A stretch of 64,000 nt of DNA from a virus (IMGVR_UViG_3300005660_000003:10261-74260); one strand, 5' to 3'; numbered from the stretch's first letter, positions 10,042 through 20,203 are shown. A program made the numbers and translations. The notes: generated from the letters alone by a model not told the origin.

Positions 10042-10596
10042 TTATGTATTTTTTTCCACTAATTTTTGAATATCCCCACAAGTGGAAATATTCTTCATAA
10101 TATATTTAAATCCTTTATACACTGAATCCTGATTTAAAATCTTCAACAATAAAAACTGCTCATATTTTGTAGCTAGCAGAAATACAAGTCCTGCCAATAT
10201 GGTGCGTTCTCTATTATGCACAGTAAATATATTATCTTCAAAATTCATTTTACCTAATAGGTCTTCTGCTAATTTTTTAGTAGCCTCATCTTTTGATATA
10301 AACATGTCCACAAGTGTTTTAGGATTTATTTCGTTAGAAAACGTAGTAAATTTTCTTTCATATGTACTTTTTATGCAGAAAAGATTTCCAACTGTAATTT
10401 TGGGATCATACTTTAGGGCGGTTGATATTAATGCGTTAGTAAAAGTTCTATCTACATAATATGTAAAACGCACATCAGGCTGATGATAATCAACTATCTT
10501 TATCTTTTCATTATATTTTTCTTCCATTAGATCTTCAATGTAAGTTTTTTCACCAGCACCCAAATTTATAAACGAACAAGCAAAGGCTTTACCCAA
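10042..10596 (-). CDS. hypothetical protein
   Basis: 184-aa ORF. Confidence 0.45.
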   Translation of the reverse strand: MGKAFACSFINLGAGEKTYIEDLMEEKYNEKIKIVDYHQPDVRFTYYVDRTFTNALISTALKYDPKITVGNLFCIKSTYERKFTTFSNEINPKTLVDMFISKDEATKKLAEDLLGKMNFEDNIFTVHNRERTILAGLVFLLATKYEQFLLLKILNQDSVYKGFKYIMKNISTCGDIQKLVEKNT

Positions 10597-11212
10597 GAAT
10601 TTTAACCTTTTTATAAAGTAGATTAGGGAAAAAGTGATCTAGTATCATTTGATAAAAGCCGTATTGTTCAGTGTTTTTAAATATTGGAAGAAAAGCACCT
10701 AGGAAATAGTGTTTTATATGCAAGAAGTGATAGATACTTACTAGATCAGAATCATTTTCATTATAACCATTAATAATTAAAAACTTTATAGCTGTAATAA
10801 ATTCTTTTATCATAGGTCCATTTGTATTAAAATATTGTGTAGCGTAGTAACCATTTGATAATACATACTGTGTTAACAGGTGTTTGCCCATTACAGCGGA
10901 AGAAATATCTTTACACAATGCCATTTTAAATACTTCAAACATTTGTTGTTTGTTAAATTTTTGACTAAAATTTTCATGTTTTCTATAAAGAATATGTTCT
11001 AAAGAATCAGAGTTTATATTCTTAAACTTATAGAGAGAGGTTGTGGCGGGATCAGCATCTAACGCTGTTAAGCAGATAAGCCCCTCCCACTCTCCTTCTT
11101 CCGCCCATCTATAATTATCTTCAATGTTTTCTTCAAAATAACGATATATCAACTCTTTTTTTGGCAGAAGAGACTCATCCAAATAGTAAATCTTGGTGCT
11201 TTCTATCCGCAT
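10589..11212 (-). CDS. hypothetical protein
   Basis: 207-aa ORF. Confidence 0.45.
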   Translation of the reverse strand: MRIESTKIYYLDESLLPKKELIYRYFEENIEDNYRWAEEGEWEGLICLTALDADPATTSLYKFKNINSDSLEHILYRKHENFSQKFNKQQMFEVFKMALCKDISSAVMGKHLLTQYVLSNGYYATQYFNTNGPMIKEFITAIKFLIINGYNENDSDLVSIYHFLHIKHYFLGAFLPIFKNTEQYGFYQMILDHFFPNLLYKKVKILG

Positions 11213-11216
11213 ATTA

Positions 11217-11426
11217 CTACGCCCTGATGGTTAGGTCCGTCAGAACCTCCTCTTTTATCTCTACAAAGTACGAAGAAGAGAGGGTAGTCCTTGGAACTAC
11301 GCTACCCTCTATAAAACTTTTATCATAAACATTTATGCGGTATCTGTCCACCCCTACTGAGGCGATTGTTACTTCAGAAGAATCTGAAATATTTAAAGAT
11401 TTCCTAACCATCTTTTTATGTTCCAA
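11217..11426 (-). CDS. small hypothetical protein
   Basis: 69-aa ORF. Confidence 0.3.
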   Translation of the reverse strand: MEHKKMVRKSLNISDSSEVTIASVGVDRYRINVYDKSFIEGSVVPRTTLSSSYFVEIKEEVLTDLTIRA

Positions 11427-11436
11427 AGGAATACTC

Positions 11437-11685
11437 CTAGTATTGTGGGCCTGTAGAAATGATTCGGTTTCCGAAGGGTCTAATGGTGGTGCGTTGACCA
11501 GTTGACCAACGTATTACCGTGTTCGTCCCGAAGGGACGCACTTGTCCAGTAACTGTACTATGCCCATTTTGTTTAACGGTTATTTTGCTACCATTTCCAA
11601 AACGTTGCGAACTACGAAAACCCCAACCTGCTAACGATGTTTCTGCAAAACATAACAAACAAATAATAAATACTAAAGTTTTCAA
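11437..11685 (-). CDS. small secreted protein (signal peptide, Gly/Thr/Arg-rich)
   Basis: N-terminal hydrophobic leader MKTLVFIICLLCFAETSLA. The locus is locally GC-richer. Confidence 0.4.
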   Translation of the reverse strand: MKTLVFIICLLCFAETSLAGWGFRSSQRFGNGSKITVKQNGHSTVTGQVRPFGTNTVIRWSTGQRTTIRPFGNRIISTGPQY

Positions 11686-11891
11686 ATTACCCTCCTAGGA
11701 TAAGGTGGCAATACCACCCTCAATTGATAAAACACCTTTCCGGCAATCACACAAAATGGTTGCCTTTTTCTATTTTTACTTTCTGTGGGAACTTTACAAA
11801 TAATCTTTTCCACGGAAGTACACTGCCCCATATAATGTAATGTTAATATGGGCTTCCCAGCGGCCTTAGACGCTGAACTTATTATACTTAC

Positions 11892-12335
11892 TCAAGGTTT
11901 TTTGCTTTCCAAAACAATATTATTATAAGTAAAAGGAATACTGCTAGCTATATACCCACTTGCACCAATATTTAAATTACTGTAATTGTACTGCCAATCC
12001 CAATAATCAACTGCGTTTTTAGCATTTATTGGTAAATCTGCCCGAACATATTTAACTAATATTTGCCTAATATGATCTAGAGTATTATAAATTTCTGAAC
12101 GTATTTGTAAAGCGGTCGGGCCTTTGTAGTCCGCTATTCCATGCAAAGTTAAAACTTTATCCACATCGTCTTCTGATAAGTAACTTACTAATGTAAGCCC
12201 CATAACAAAAGAACCAACATCGGCACTTGTAAGTAAAGTGTAGACTTCGTCTAGTCCTTTTTCTGTAAGACTTATACGATGTTTTAAGTTATGTTTTTTA
12301 TATTCTTCTATAAGAAAAACCTGTATTGAATTCAA
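11892..12335 (-). CDS. hypothetical protein
   Basis: 147-aa ORF. Confidence 0.45.
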   Translation of the reverse strand: MNSIQVFLIEEYKKHNLKHRISLTEKGLDEVYTLLTSADVGSFVMGLTLVSYLSEDDVDKVLTLHGIADYKGPTALQIRSEIYNTLDHIRQILVKYVRADLPINAKNAVDYWDWQYNYSNLNIGASGYIASSIPFTYNNIVLESKKP

Positions 12336-12338
12336 GTC

Positions 12339-13016
12339 TTATACTCCAAAAGCTTCTAGGGAATACTTAAAAGGGTTACCTTCTAGGGCTTTTACAAGAT
12401 CAAGCATTTCTTGAGCCACTTCTCTGGTTTCAGCTTGAGCGTCTGGCTTTAGTCTTAATCCCCACAAGTGAAGAAAAGACAATAGAGAGCCAGTCCAAAT
12501 AAAAGTAGTATTAAGACTTAAAGGTAAAACTGTGCGGGCCTGCTCTTTGGAAACCCCGAGATCAATTAGGTCCTGATAAGCTTGTTTGCAAAATTCTATT
12601 ACCTGTCGTTCAATAATAGAGCATGATTCTTGATATTCCACAAGACCCTCGCTACCCTGCTTAGAAGAAGTGGATTGTTTCCTCCACTCTTTAATAGTGG
12701 TGTAGGAATCACTAAAGTCTATATATCGCCCGGAAATGCTATTTATTGAACTGTTCGGCTCTGGAGAAGTTCCCACTTCCATTCCTATTTCATGTTTTCG
12801 AAGTTGCCTCTCTACATAAATCGGGCAAGAGATTCTAAACTGTAGCTGAGGATGTCTAAACACACTTATATGCTTATGTTCTTTTAGATACTTAAGTAAC
12901 TTCTCATCCCTTTGATCGAAGATGGACTTGTTCTTACCATAACTTACACGGGCGGCATTTACTACCATTAAATCATTACCAAAAACTTCTAAAAGTTCAA
13001 CCAAGTTACACCTCAC
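12339..13016 (-). CDS. thyX: flavin-dependent thymidylate synthase ThyX-like (diverged)
   Basis: SVFRHPQLQFRISCPIYVERQLRKH aligns to the ThyX block H.VF.F.I.G.SR....QLVRHR. The downstream ...S...RY is diverged and carries an insertion. Confidence 0.5.
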   Translation of the reverse strand: MRCNLVELLEVFGNDLMVVNAARVSYGKNKSIFDQRDEKLLKYLKEHKHISVFRHPQLQFRISCPIYVERQLRKHEIGMEVGTSPEPNSSINSISGRYIDFSDSYTTIKEWRKQSTSSKQGSEGLVEYQESCSIIERQVIEFCKQAYQDLIDLGVSKEQARTVLPLSLNTTFIWTGSLLSFLHLWGLRLKPDAQAETREVAQEMLDLVKALEGNPFKYSLEAFGV

Positions 13017-13175
13017 TCACGATTCTAATCTTATAACTATTCAAAACCCAAATGCCCTGCTTTTGTTTTCTAGTAATAACCATCCGTTCTGAAACCACCT
13101 CTTCTTTGATTTCATCAGTAGTTCTAAACTTTTCGGGCAGATTAAACTGTAATGTATCTTTAGACAAGTGGGACA

Positions 13176-14135
13176 TTAGAACTCCTCATCAGTCTGATTA
13201 CAGTCAAATACGAAAAGCCCTTCTTCTACCCACATGCGTTTTACACTTTTCCTATCATCGTAAACACCCACTACGTGGTACTTGGGTTTAATATATATTT
13301 CGTATAATTCTTTTTTAATAATGGTGTCTTTTCTATTATCTTTTAATTCCCGCATAAAGAATAAGTCATAAGAAATTCTATTAGTTTCTAACCAGTCAAG
13401 TGTTTCATCTTTGCAAATACCATCTCGCCCAGTCATTATAATAATTACATGACCGGCTGCTTTATGGGCCAGAAGAGCCTCTACAACTGGTTCATTAGAT
13501 AAGTCAGTGCCAACCTTATTCCAATTAAAGGGGCTGCGTCCGTTCATAAGGGCCAAAGTCCCGTCAATATCAAATATACAAGCAGCCTGTTTATTTTCAC
13601 ACTCAGCAACAGCTTCACGTTCAATGCTTGTTCTTTTGGGTATTACTTTATTCAGATCAAAAGTTGTCTTAACGGCAACAAGGCCCTTAGCCATTCTATT
13701 AATGATCTCGGGTCCCACCTTTTTATCTCGCACGGCATCCCTTTGGATGCAGGTTGCCGTAGGCACATCAAAGACTTGAAAAGTCACTTCATCAAAAGCT
13801 GTACAGAATTTAATGAGTTTTTTCAAGAACTCGACAGAGCAATTCGTCTGATCTATAACAAGATCCTTATCACCTTTATTGGCAATAGCCTGCTCTATCA
13901 TCTTTGTTACTATCTTTTCCCCACGAGGATCTAAGAATGGGGCGTTTCCTAGCATCGCTCGAAGATCATCCCGACATAATCGTAGAGTATTTGGATTCTT
14001 CTGAATCCAGCTTTTTGCCCACGTACTTTTCCCAGATCCGGGAACACCAACTGCTAGATATATCAAGTTTTTACTCCTGTTAATTCTGAGGTATCCTAGA
14101 TACCGAGGAACTTCTTCTTGTAGGTAATGGTCCAA
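13176..14135 (-). CDS. pnk: polynucleotide 5'-kinase/3'-phosphatase (T4 Pnk-like)
   Basis: N-terminal P-loop GVPGSGKST. C-terminal HAD phosphatase motif IFDIDGTLA. Confidence 0.8.
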   Translation of the reverse strand: MDHYLQEEVPRYLGYLRINRSKNLIYLAVGVPGSGKSTWAKSWIQKNPNTLRLCRDDLRAMLGNAPFLDPRGEKIVTKMIEQAIANKGDKDLVIDQTNCSVEFLKKLIKFCTAFDEVTFQVFDVPTATCIQRDAVRDKKVGPEIINRMAKGLVAVKTTFDLNKVIPKRTSIEREAVAECENKQAACIFDIDGTLALMNGRSPFNWNKVGTDLSNEPVVEALLAHKAAGHVIIIMTGRDGICKDETLDWLETNRISYDLFFMRELKDNRKDTIIKKELYEIYIKPKYHVVGVYDDRKSVKRMWVEEGLFVFDCNQTDEEF

Positions 14136-14593
14136 TCATATACAAAATTATATGCATATTCTAAAGCATCTCCTAGAACAAACCTTAAGATACTAATGGG
14201 CCAGCAAATGATACGGTCACAAAAAGTGTTGAAAGAAGGTTCAGTTCTATATATGTAGAGATGCTCACTATCTAAATTGTGTTTCTTAAAAGATTCGCCG
14301 GTTAAATTGTTGGCACGTAAGTATTTACGTAACTTCCAAAGCTTTAAGTTAAAGATAGAAAACCACCACACTATGCCAACTATTAGATAGTTAAGTACCC
14401 ACAACCAACTTAAGCTACTAACTACTGTAGGTACATTAGTAAAACTTACTAAGAAAATGGTCAAAATAATTAGTGGAATTGTGCCATAATAATCTTCTTC
14501 ACCAAGAAAATAATAGCACCAAAAAAGAAAAGGCAAACAAATTGCCCAAAAGATGATTGAATTGAAAAGGACTAGTTCAAAAAGCAAAGTCAT
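14096..14593 (-). CDS. membrane protein (multiple TM helices)
   Basis: Hydrophobic 165-aa ORF. Confidence 0.45.
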   Translation of the reverse strand: MTLLFELVLFNSIIFWAICLPFLFWCYYFLGEEDYYGTIPLIILTIFLVSFTNVPTVVSSLSWLWVLNYLIVGIVWWFSIFNLKLWKLRKYLRANNLTGESFKKHNLDSEHLYIYRTEPSFNTFCDRIICWPISILRFVLGDALEYAYNFVYDWTITYKKKFLGI

Positions 14594-14859
14594 TTCTCCA
14601 AGTAATTTTGATATTCTGGTGGTAATTTATCAACTGTGTAATACTTACTAATTCTACCTAATCTAAAGTTTAAGGTAAAAAATGGTATTTTTATATTTTT
14701 AGGTGGATTTATATGATATCCAATATTTATAAAATACTTTATCTGACCTAATGGTAAATTTCTTGATTTAGCTTTAGAATAAGCTAAGTGTTTTAAAAAT
14801 GCATAAAGTTCATCTTTATAATATCTATTAACTAAAATAGAATAGGTGTTTATCTTCAA
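14590..14859 (-). CDS. hypothetical protein
   Basis: 89-aa ORF with a 4-nt overlap. Confidence 0.4.
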   Translation of the reverse strand: MKINTYSILVNRYYKDELYAFLKHLAYSKAKSRNLPLGQIKYFINIGYHINPPKNIKIPFFTLNFRLGRISKYYTVDKLPPEYQNYLEK

Positions 14860-14862
14860 GTT

Positions 14863-15228
14863 TTAATCCTTCAGTTGTTTAAAAAAGGCCAAATATAAAG
14901 CATATTCCTCAAGAGAAAGAAGTTTAACATGCTTTTCAATAGTAGACTCATAAGGTGAATCAAAGCCATAACTGATAACATTTTCATAAACTTCAGTACC
15001 ATAAGATACCAATAACCAATCTGGATCGTCATCTTCTGGCAGGCATTCACATTCTATCTCTACATCAAATCCGGGGAAAAGTTTATCTAGGCCCACGCAG
15101 AAGTCCGCATCCCCAAGAACTATTAATATTTTATTTTCTGTGCGATGTATGTAAGACTGCCCATAGTCTCCTCCATGTTCTTGTAAATCGAGCTTATTTT
15201 TTATCATGAACAATGTATAGCGATTCAT
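14863..15228 (-). CDS. hypothetical protein
   Basis: 121-aa acidic ORF. Confidence 0.45.
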   Translation of the reverse strand: MNRYTLFMIKNKLDLQEHGGDYGQSYIHRTENKILIVLGDADFCVGLDKLFPGFDVEIECECLPEDDDPDWLLVSYGTEVYENVISYGFDSPYESTIEKHVKLLSLEEYALYLAFFKQLKD

Positions 15229-15313
15229 TTTATATCCTTTTCCTTATTTTGCCCAAGAAACTGTAATATTGCTTTTTTCATAGTTAAGGCCGTAAGGCCA
15301 TTTGTCTTTTATG

Positions 15314-15372
15314 GTTAGAGTTCTAAACTCCTTTCACAATGCTAATCGCATTGTTCATCCCGTTTAGAACTC
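15314..15372. other. nested hairpin element (11-bp outer stem gagttctaaac/gtttagaactc enclosing 7-bp inner stem caatgc/gcattg) in a 420-bp non-coding gap
   Basis: Inverted repeats read directly from the sequence. Possible ncRNA or terminator-like element. Confidence 0.4.
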
Positions 15373-15647
15373 ATTTTAACTCTTTATAGCAGAAGTCAGT
15401 GCATACCTTCCCCCTTTGAGCGGACCATGTAAATAAAAATTTACACAGATACATACTAAGGAAGGTTAATTAAAATCCTTCAAATGCTGGTAAGGGGAAT
15501 TACTACACCCAGCCGAAGCTCATATTTCATCCCATTATTTTTTCTGGGAAATAGTAGGTTGTATTAGGTTCGTATGCCGAATTGCTAATTTGTTTATGAA
15601 GCCCTACGTGCTCCATGATAGTTGTGACTATTAAATTATACAAAATA

Positions 15648-15923
15648 TTATTGTAGTATTTTGTTAGCTTTTTCTTTTAGTTTTTCTTTATTCTTCTTTT
15701 TGTATTTTTCTAAATATCCAGATTCTTTTTGTTTTTGGTATGACTTTTTAGATCTTATTTTAATCTTATCTTTATTTTCTAAACGGTATTTTTTATTAAT
15801 TAAACTCATACACAATTTGCATTTAACTCTATACCCACCCTTACACTTTTTATGTTTGGAGAAAAGATTAATATTTTTCATTTCTTTACAGTTTGGACAA
15901 ATCTTTTCCATTTTTTCTCTCAT
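15648..15923 (-). CDS. stand-alone N-terminal module of the HNH family (CxxC...CxxC zinc finger plus Lys-rich repeats, no HNH domain)
   Basis: CPNCKEMKNINLFSKHKKCKGGYRVKCKLC resembles the N-termini of the 3441 and 5501 HNH genes. It is preceded by the same promoter cassette in minus orientation. Confidence 0.55.
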   Translation of the reverse strand: MREKMEKICPNCKEMKNINLFSKHKKCKGGYRVKCKLCMSLINKKYRLENKDKIKIRSKKSYQKQKESGYLEKYKKKNKEKLKEKANKILQ

Positions 15924-16024
15924 TAAATTACATCAAATACCAGATAGAGGTTACGCTCCACTTGCCGACTACCTATCTTAATGCGGCACCCATTTTACAG
16001 ACGGGCGATAGGATTATCTGGTGC

Positions 16025-16066
16025 TTATATACTATACTTCTCTAGATTCTTCTTTTTTTCTAAAAA
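16025..16066 (-). promoter_or_regulatory. promoter-like cassette (minus orientation: tagaaaaaaagaagaatctagagaagtatagtatataag)
   Basis: Reverse complement of the plus sequence matches the cassette. It lies about 100 nt upstream of the 15923 start. Confidence 0.45.
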
Positions 16067-16193
16067 ACGTACTCAAATTATTCACTTTATTTTTTTTCTC
16101 AATGTTTTGAAGGGGATTGCCAACAAAATTACACTCCCCTTATCAAATCCCGCTTTTTCAATCCGAGGCCCGCACAGGGCCTCCTGTGCGATT

Positions 16194-16862
16194 CTAGGGT
16201 ACTTCCAGCTCACAACTCTCTAACTCTGCTAAGCACCTAAAGTTGACTCCGTCAATGTTTGTTGTGAAGCTCTTATGCATATGTCCGCAGTACCAAGCTT
16301 TGGGTTTGTGGATTTTAAGAAGTTGATCCCCCAAGCGGGCTGTATTTTCCTTAAATCCTACATGGAATTTGTATTTCTGCAAAATGGAGTGTTTTCCACA
16401 TACTATTTTATCCCCAAAAGAAGCTGGTGGAACATGGGAAATTACTATCTCAGGCAAAGCCTGAGCGTACAGCCGCATACATTCCATCATTTCATCAAGG
16501 TTTAATTCCTCTTGGGACCAGTAAGTTTTGGGAGATCCTCCCAGTTCGTCACCTATTCTGTAGACTCTATCTATAGAGAGACCACCTCTAATAAAAAAGA
16601 AGTTGGCTCCGCCAAGCGTGGCTTCGCCAAAATCTCCCAATGAGTGGGCTTTGTGCGGACTTTCGTATGAACAATGATTCCCCTTGAGCACTTTATGTTT
16701 CTTTGGATCTAAGTCACTATAATGAAGCTTATTGTAAGCTGAGCCAAATCCAAAATCTCCAACCTGTACTGTGTATTCAGATTTTGATGCTATTTCGTAA
16801 TATTCGTTGTATTTTCCGTGGCAGTCTCCTATTAGGGTAATTGACATAATAATTTTGTCCAA
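16194..16862 (-). CDS. calcineurin-like metallophosphoesterase
   Basis: GDCHG...GDFGFG...GNHC/GHMH motif series. Confidence 0.7.
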   Translation of the reverse strand: MDKIIMSITLIGDCHGKYNEYYEIASKSEYTVQVGDFGFGSAYNKLHYSDLDPKKHKVLKGNHCSYESPHKAHSLGDFGEATLGGANFFFIRGGLSIDRVYRIGDELGGSPKTYWSQEELNLDEMMECMRLYAQALPEIVISHVPPASFGDKIVCGKHSILQKYKFHVGFKENTARLGDQLLKIHKPKAWYCGHMHKSFTTNIDGVNFRCLAELESCELEVP

Positions 16863-16950
16863 ATTAAAGTAATGAAAAAAGTAAATTTAAAGAAACCTGA
16901 TGCCTTTTGCGGACAAGTGTTTTACCATACTCAACATTTGGTCTAGTTAC

Positions 16951-17151
16951 TTATTCGGGGCTATCATTTTGTCCTTCTTCCCTTAGCTTCTTATTAAAAA
17001 ACATCATCTTGTCTTCAATTGCCCCAAGTAATTCATATTTACAAACAGTGGTCACAGTTGTATCTTCATTAATAGAAAAATCATAAGATCTACAGTCTAG
17101 TATAATCTCTTTTAATAGTTTTAAAATTTCTACCTTAGCGTCATTGTTCAA
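16951..17151 (-). CDS. small hypothetical protein
   Basis: 66-aa ORF. Confidence 0.35.
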   Translation of the reverse strand: MNNDAKVEILKLLKEIILDCRSYDFSINEDTTVTTVCKYELLGAIEDKMMFFNKKLREEGQNDSPE

Positions 17152-17301
17152 GAGTCTTTTCCTTTACATGAGTGGTAATTTGTTAGTAATTCCAATGAAT
17201 TTTCTATTTAGGCGATATATTTTATAAATATAAACTAATTGGATCCTCCCAGATTAAGGGTATAAATTAGAAAAATTATAAGAAAAAGAGAAGAATATAA
17301 T

Positions 17302-17613
17302 ATGAAGTTATCTGGTGTTAAAAAATCTAATTCGTGTTCAATTTTATTAGGTTGCTCTCCAGATTTTTTTAAATCTTACATAGAAGAAAAGTTTACAACC
17401 GGGATGACTTGGGAAAATCATGGGGTATATGGATGGCACCTAGATCATATAAAACCTTGTAATTCTTTCGATTTATCAAATCCAGAACAACAAAAAGAGT
17501 GTTTTCATTATACTAATATACGTCCCTTGTGGGCTACAACCGATATAGCGATGAGCTACGGAGAAGGCCCGGACTACATTGGGAATTTAGAGAAAGGAAA
17601 GACTGTCACATAA
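17302..17613 (+). pseudogene. 5'-truncated HNH endonuclease copy (HNH domain only, 103 aa)
   Basis: Retains GMTWENHGVYGWHLDHIKPC...NIRPLWA but lacks the zinc-finger/repeat N-terminus. The promoter cassette abuts the ATG. Confidence 0.6.
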
Positions 17614-17980
17614 GTTTTAAATGATCTGTTATACCAATAAATTTTTCTGAAAAATCTGGTCCTATAGCTACCACTGTATTCGTTGGTATATTTTTAAATT
17701 CAGTTTTTCCAGAATCTGTAATTAAATTAGTTATTAATCCTGCTTTTTTTGCTTTATTATAAACTTCCAATAGTTCTTTCTCTGTGTCAACGTACACTAC
17801 TACTTTTGTAGTACCTGTATTAAGCCACTCTAATTCGCTTTCCGAAAAACGTAAACTGTCTAGTTTTTTTAGTAAAAAGGCCATACTTCCGTGGCAAATT
17901 TGCGCGGCCATCTTGCCGGTTCTTATAGTCTTTGTTTCCACCCCTTCTTCATCGGGAAAATATCTGCGCATCACTATCAC
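17606..17980 (-). CDS. PTH2-family peptidyl-tRNA hydrolase-like protein
   Basis: GKMAAQICHGSMAF matches the PTH2 signature GK.AAQ..HA. Confidence 0.6.
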   Translation of the reverse strand: MIVMRRYFPDEEGVETKTIRTGKMAAQICHGSMAFLLKKLDSLRFSESELEWLNTGTTKVVVYVDTEKELLEVYNKAKKAGLITNLITDSGKTEFKNIPTNTVVAIGPDFSEKFIGITDHLKLM

Positions 17981-18182
17981 TTGTTTTGTTGAAATTGCTG
18001 TTTCTCCCTTGCTTTATTGTCTTCTATTTTTTTTGCAACACCATATGCACCTATACCACCTATTAAAATGCCAGTGATAAAAATTATTATTACAATTTTA
18101 AAAATAGAAGATAATAAGTCTTCACCCATTTTATGTACCGCATCACTATCCAAGATTATCTCCTTTGTTAACTACAAAATAA

Positions 18183-18431
18183 TCAACATTCTATATTAAC
18201 GCAATCAACAGTAACCATAATTCCAAAGTTCCAATTACAGCGACCCGCAACCTTGTCAATCATCTCTTCTGTATCTTTGAATAGGCGTTTGGGGTTTCTT
18301 ATATTATAATTTAAAATGATTTGATCCATCTTACGATCTGCTGAATCGCGGTCACGATAGAAAAATTCGCTCCATGTTTTTCCAATCATACCACCATCAC
18401 AGCTAAGTGTACGGCATCTCCAAATAATCAT
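18183..18431 (-). CDS. hypothetical protein
   Basis: 82-aa ORF. Confidence 0.35.
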   Translation of the reverse strand: MIIWRCRTLSCDGGMIGKTWSEFFYRDRDSADRKMDQIILNYNIRNPKRLFKDTEEMIDKVAGRCNWNFGIMVTVDCVNIEC

Positions 18432-18465
18432 TATAAATATCCCATAAGTAGTTTAAAATAAAGAT

Positions 18466-18538
18466 TGCGGCACACGGGATTTGAACCCGCAACCTCCGGT
18501 TTGGAAAACCAGTACTCTGCCAATTGAGTTAATGTCGC
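18466..18538 (-). tRNA. tRNA, probable Gly (anticodon UCC)
   Basis: Hand-folded cloverleaf: acceptor 7 bp with one A-C mismatch; D arm actc/aattggcag/gagt; anticodon stem ctggt/accgg; loop tttccaa; T arm gcggg-ttcaaat-cccgt. No encoded CCA. Confidence 0.55.
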
Positions 18539-18649
18539 ATAAATAGTTAGATGGTTCCTTAAGTGGACTTGTCTCGAATGATCTAGGCCGGTATCCAGAT
18601 CACCGTCTATATCTAACTAAGTATAAACCTCAGAATCATTCTTCGGTTT

Positions 18650-18958
18650 TTATCCGATAGGCACTAATTTTCGCCCGCCATTTACATCTTCTTCCACTTT
18701 AATACCGGGGACATAAGTGATGGCCTCTGCAACATGATCACCCTGCTGTGTAGTCACTTGAACCACACACCCGCCGACAACCTCCATAGCCTTACAAGAC
18801 TTCATCCACCTTTGTTCTTTGGAAGATGCTTTACAAAGGAGCTGGAACATGTTGCTGTTGCCGACAACTACAACGTCTGATACTTTTGCTTTTGTGTCTT
18901 CGACACTAATTACGTCCAATGACTTTTCCATTTGTTTATCTTTCTTTTTAAAATACAC
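18650..18958 (-). CDS. hypothetical protein
   Basis: 102-aa ORF between tRNA genes. Confidence 0.4.
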   Translation of the reverse strand: MYFKKKDKQMEKSLDVISVEDTKAKVSDVVVVGNSNMFQLLCKASSKEQRWMKSCKAMEVVGGCVVQVTTQQGDHVAEAITYVPGIKVEEDVNGGRKLVPIG

Positions 18959-18985
18959 ATATTTATCTTTACCGCGTCAGCGGAT

Positions 18986-19096
18986 TGAGTCCGGCAGGAT
19001 TCGAACCTACAATCTACTAATCCCCGAGCACTTCTTGTTTACGGGAAAATTCGAAGCACAGTATAGTGTGCCGCGTTTGCATTTCGCCACAGACTC
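18986..19096 (-). ncRNA. tRNA-like element of atypical length (111 nt): good acceptor stem and T arm (gtagg-ttcgaat-cctgc) but oversized interior with extra hairpins
   Basis: Acceptor gagtctg/cggactc pairs over 7 bp. The interior contains hairpins gcaca-ctatac-tgtgc and cccg-N15-cggg. It cannot be folded by hand into a canonical cloverleaf. Confidence 0.3.
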
Positions 19097-19100
19097 ATTT

Positions 19101-19319
19101 TCACCAATATTTTTCTACTGACTCTTTTAATGTTTTGCAACCTCCGGGGAGAGTAGAAAGTACGCACTCTTGGACAATCCACTTATTAACTTTTTCAGCA
19201 TATCTAAATTCTTCAATAGTTTCACATTCAAGCTCGTATGCCGCCGCCTCGATAGAGTCAGCCATACATATTACATTATCCCAACCATTTTGGGGTTGAA
19301 TTACTTTAATAATTTTCAT
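19101..19319 (-). CDS. hypothetical protein
   Basis: 72-aa ORF. Confidence 0.35.
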   Translation of the reverse strand: MKIIKVIQPQNGWDNVICMADSIEAAAYELECETIEEFRYAEKVNKWIVQECVLSTLPGGCKTLKESVEKYW

Positions 19320-19752
19320 TTACCTCTTTCCTTCCGTGTGTAAGAGTTACAATTACTGGGCCATTCTCAGAGGGCCTAGCTTCTTGCCAAGTAGCGGACC
19401 AAGGACCGCGAAAAGTTAAAGCCCAAGAATCTCCTTTGGAGGTTACTTTATGAAAGCAGTCTCGTTTAGTAATTTTAGGTACTAATGAAGGCCAAAAGTA
19501 TTTGATGTTACGTAATGGATAGTGTTGCTCTATAATAAAACCTCGTAACCACCAAGTGCATGCCCAAAAGGCATGACTGTGGTAACTTTCACGAGAACCA
19601 TTTTTAAAATGAAGTAATCCAATTGAGAATAGAGGCTTAAACTCTATAAGCATGTATCCTGTTACTCCAGAAGTTGGCCCACCATCACACTTCTTAAAGA
19701 AGAATCTTGGACACCAAGGATGAAGATAAATCTTTTTAAACCACTTCAACAT
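19306..19752 (-). CDS. hypothetical protein
   Basis: 148-aa ORF overlapping the dCMP deaminase gene by 17 nt. Confidence 0.45.
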   Translation of the reverse strand: MLKWFKKIYLHPWCPRFFFKKCDGGPTSGVTGYMLIEFKPLFSIGLLHFKNGSRESYHSHAFWACTWWLRGFIIEQHYPLRNIKYFWPSLVPKITKRDCFHKVTSKGDSWALTFRGPWSATWQEARPSENGPVIVTLTHGRKEVNENY

Positions 19753-20203
19753 ACTCTATTCCCGCTTCTTTTAATAATTCTTCTGATAGTCTTAAACTTT
19801 CCGCCCATTTGGTTGGTATACTTTTCTTTGGATAACTTATAATTTTCTTTATACCCGATTGTATAATGTGTTTGCAACATTGGTCACATGGTGCCCCGCC
19901 CCAAATTTTCCCTGAAGAATCTGTTGCACAAATATACATTGTATAGCCATCTATTTTAATTCCTATTCGGGCAGCGAACAACATAGAGTTAAGCTCTGCG
20001 TGAACAACAAGCCTAAGTTTTTCCTCCCTATTATTCAGTCTCTCTTTAGTATCTTCAATCCCCCGTGGAAATCCATTAAAACCAGTAGAAACAAGTTGGT
20101 TATCAGGAGTTACTATAACAGAGCCCACGCCCGTCGAAGGATCTTTTGATAAACCCGCTGTAAGCAAAGCTACGTCTAGGAAGTATTTATCCCATTTATT
20201 CAA
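19736..20203 (-). CDS. cd: dCMP deaminase
   Basis: Zinc-binding HAE...PCDQC cytidine/dCMP deaminase motifs. Confidence 0.8.
   Translation of the reverse strand: MNKWDKYFLDVALLTAGLSKDPSTGVGSVIVTPDNQLVSTGFNGFPRGIEDTKERLNNREEKLRLVVHAELNSMLFAARIGIKIDGYTMYICATDSSGKIWGGAPCDQCCKHIIQSGIKKIISYPKKSIPTKWAESLRLSEELLKEAGIEYVEVV

Noticed and set aside
16161-16177. GC-rich hairpin ggcccgcacagggcc just past the stop of the metallophosphoesterase gene.
   Set aside because: There is no adjacent U-tract on either strand, so it is not a convincing intrinsic terminator.
18650-18958. Possible GroES-like co-chaperonin assignment for the 102-aa ORF.
   Set aside because: Only the size and a vague Gly/Val pattern matched. 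There is no convincing GroES mobile-loop or core motif.
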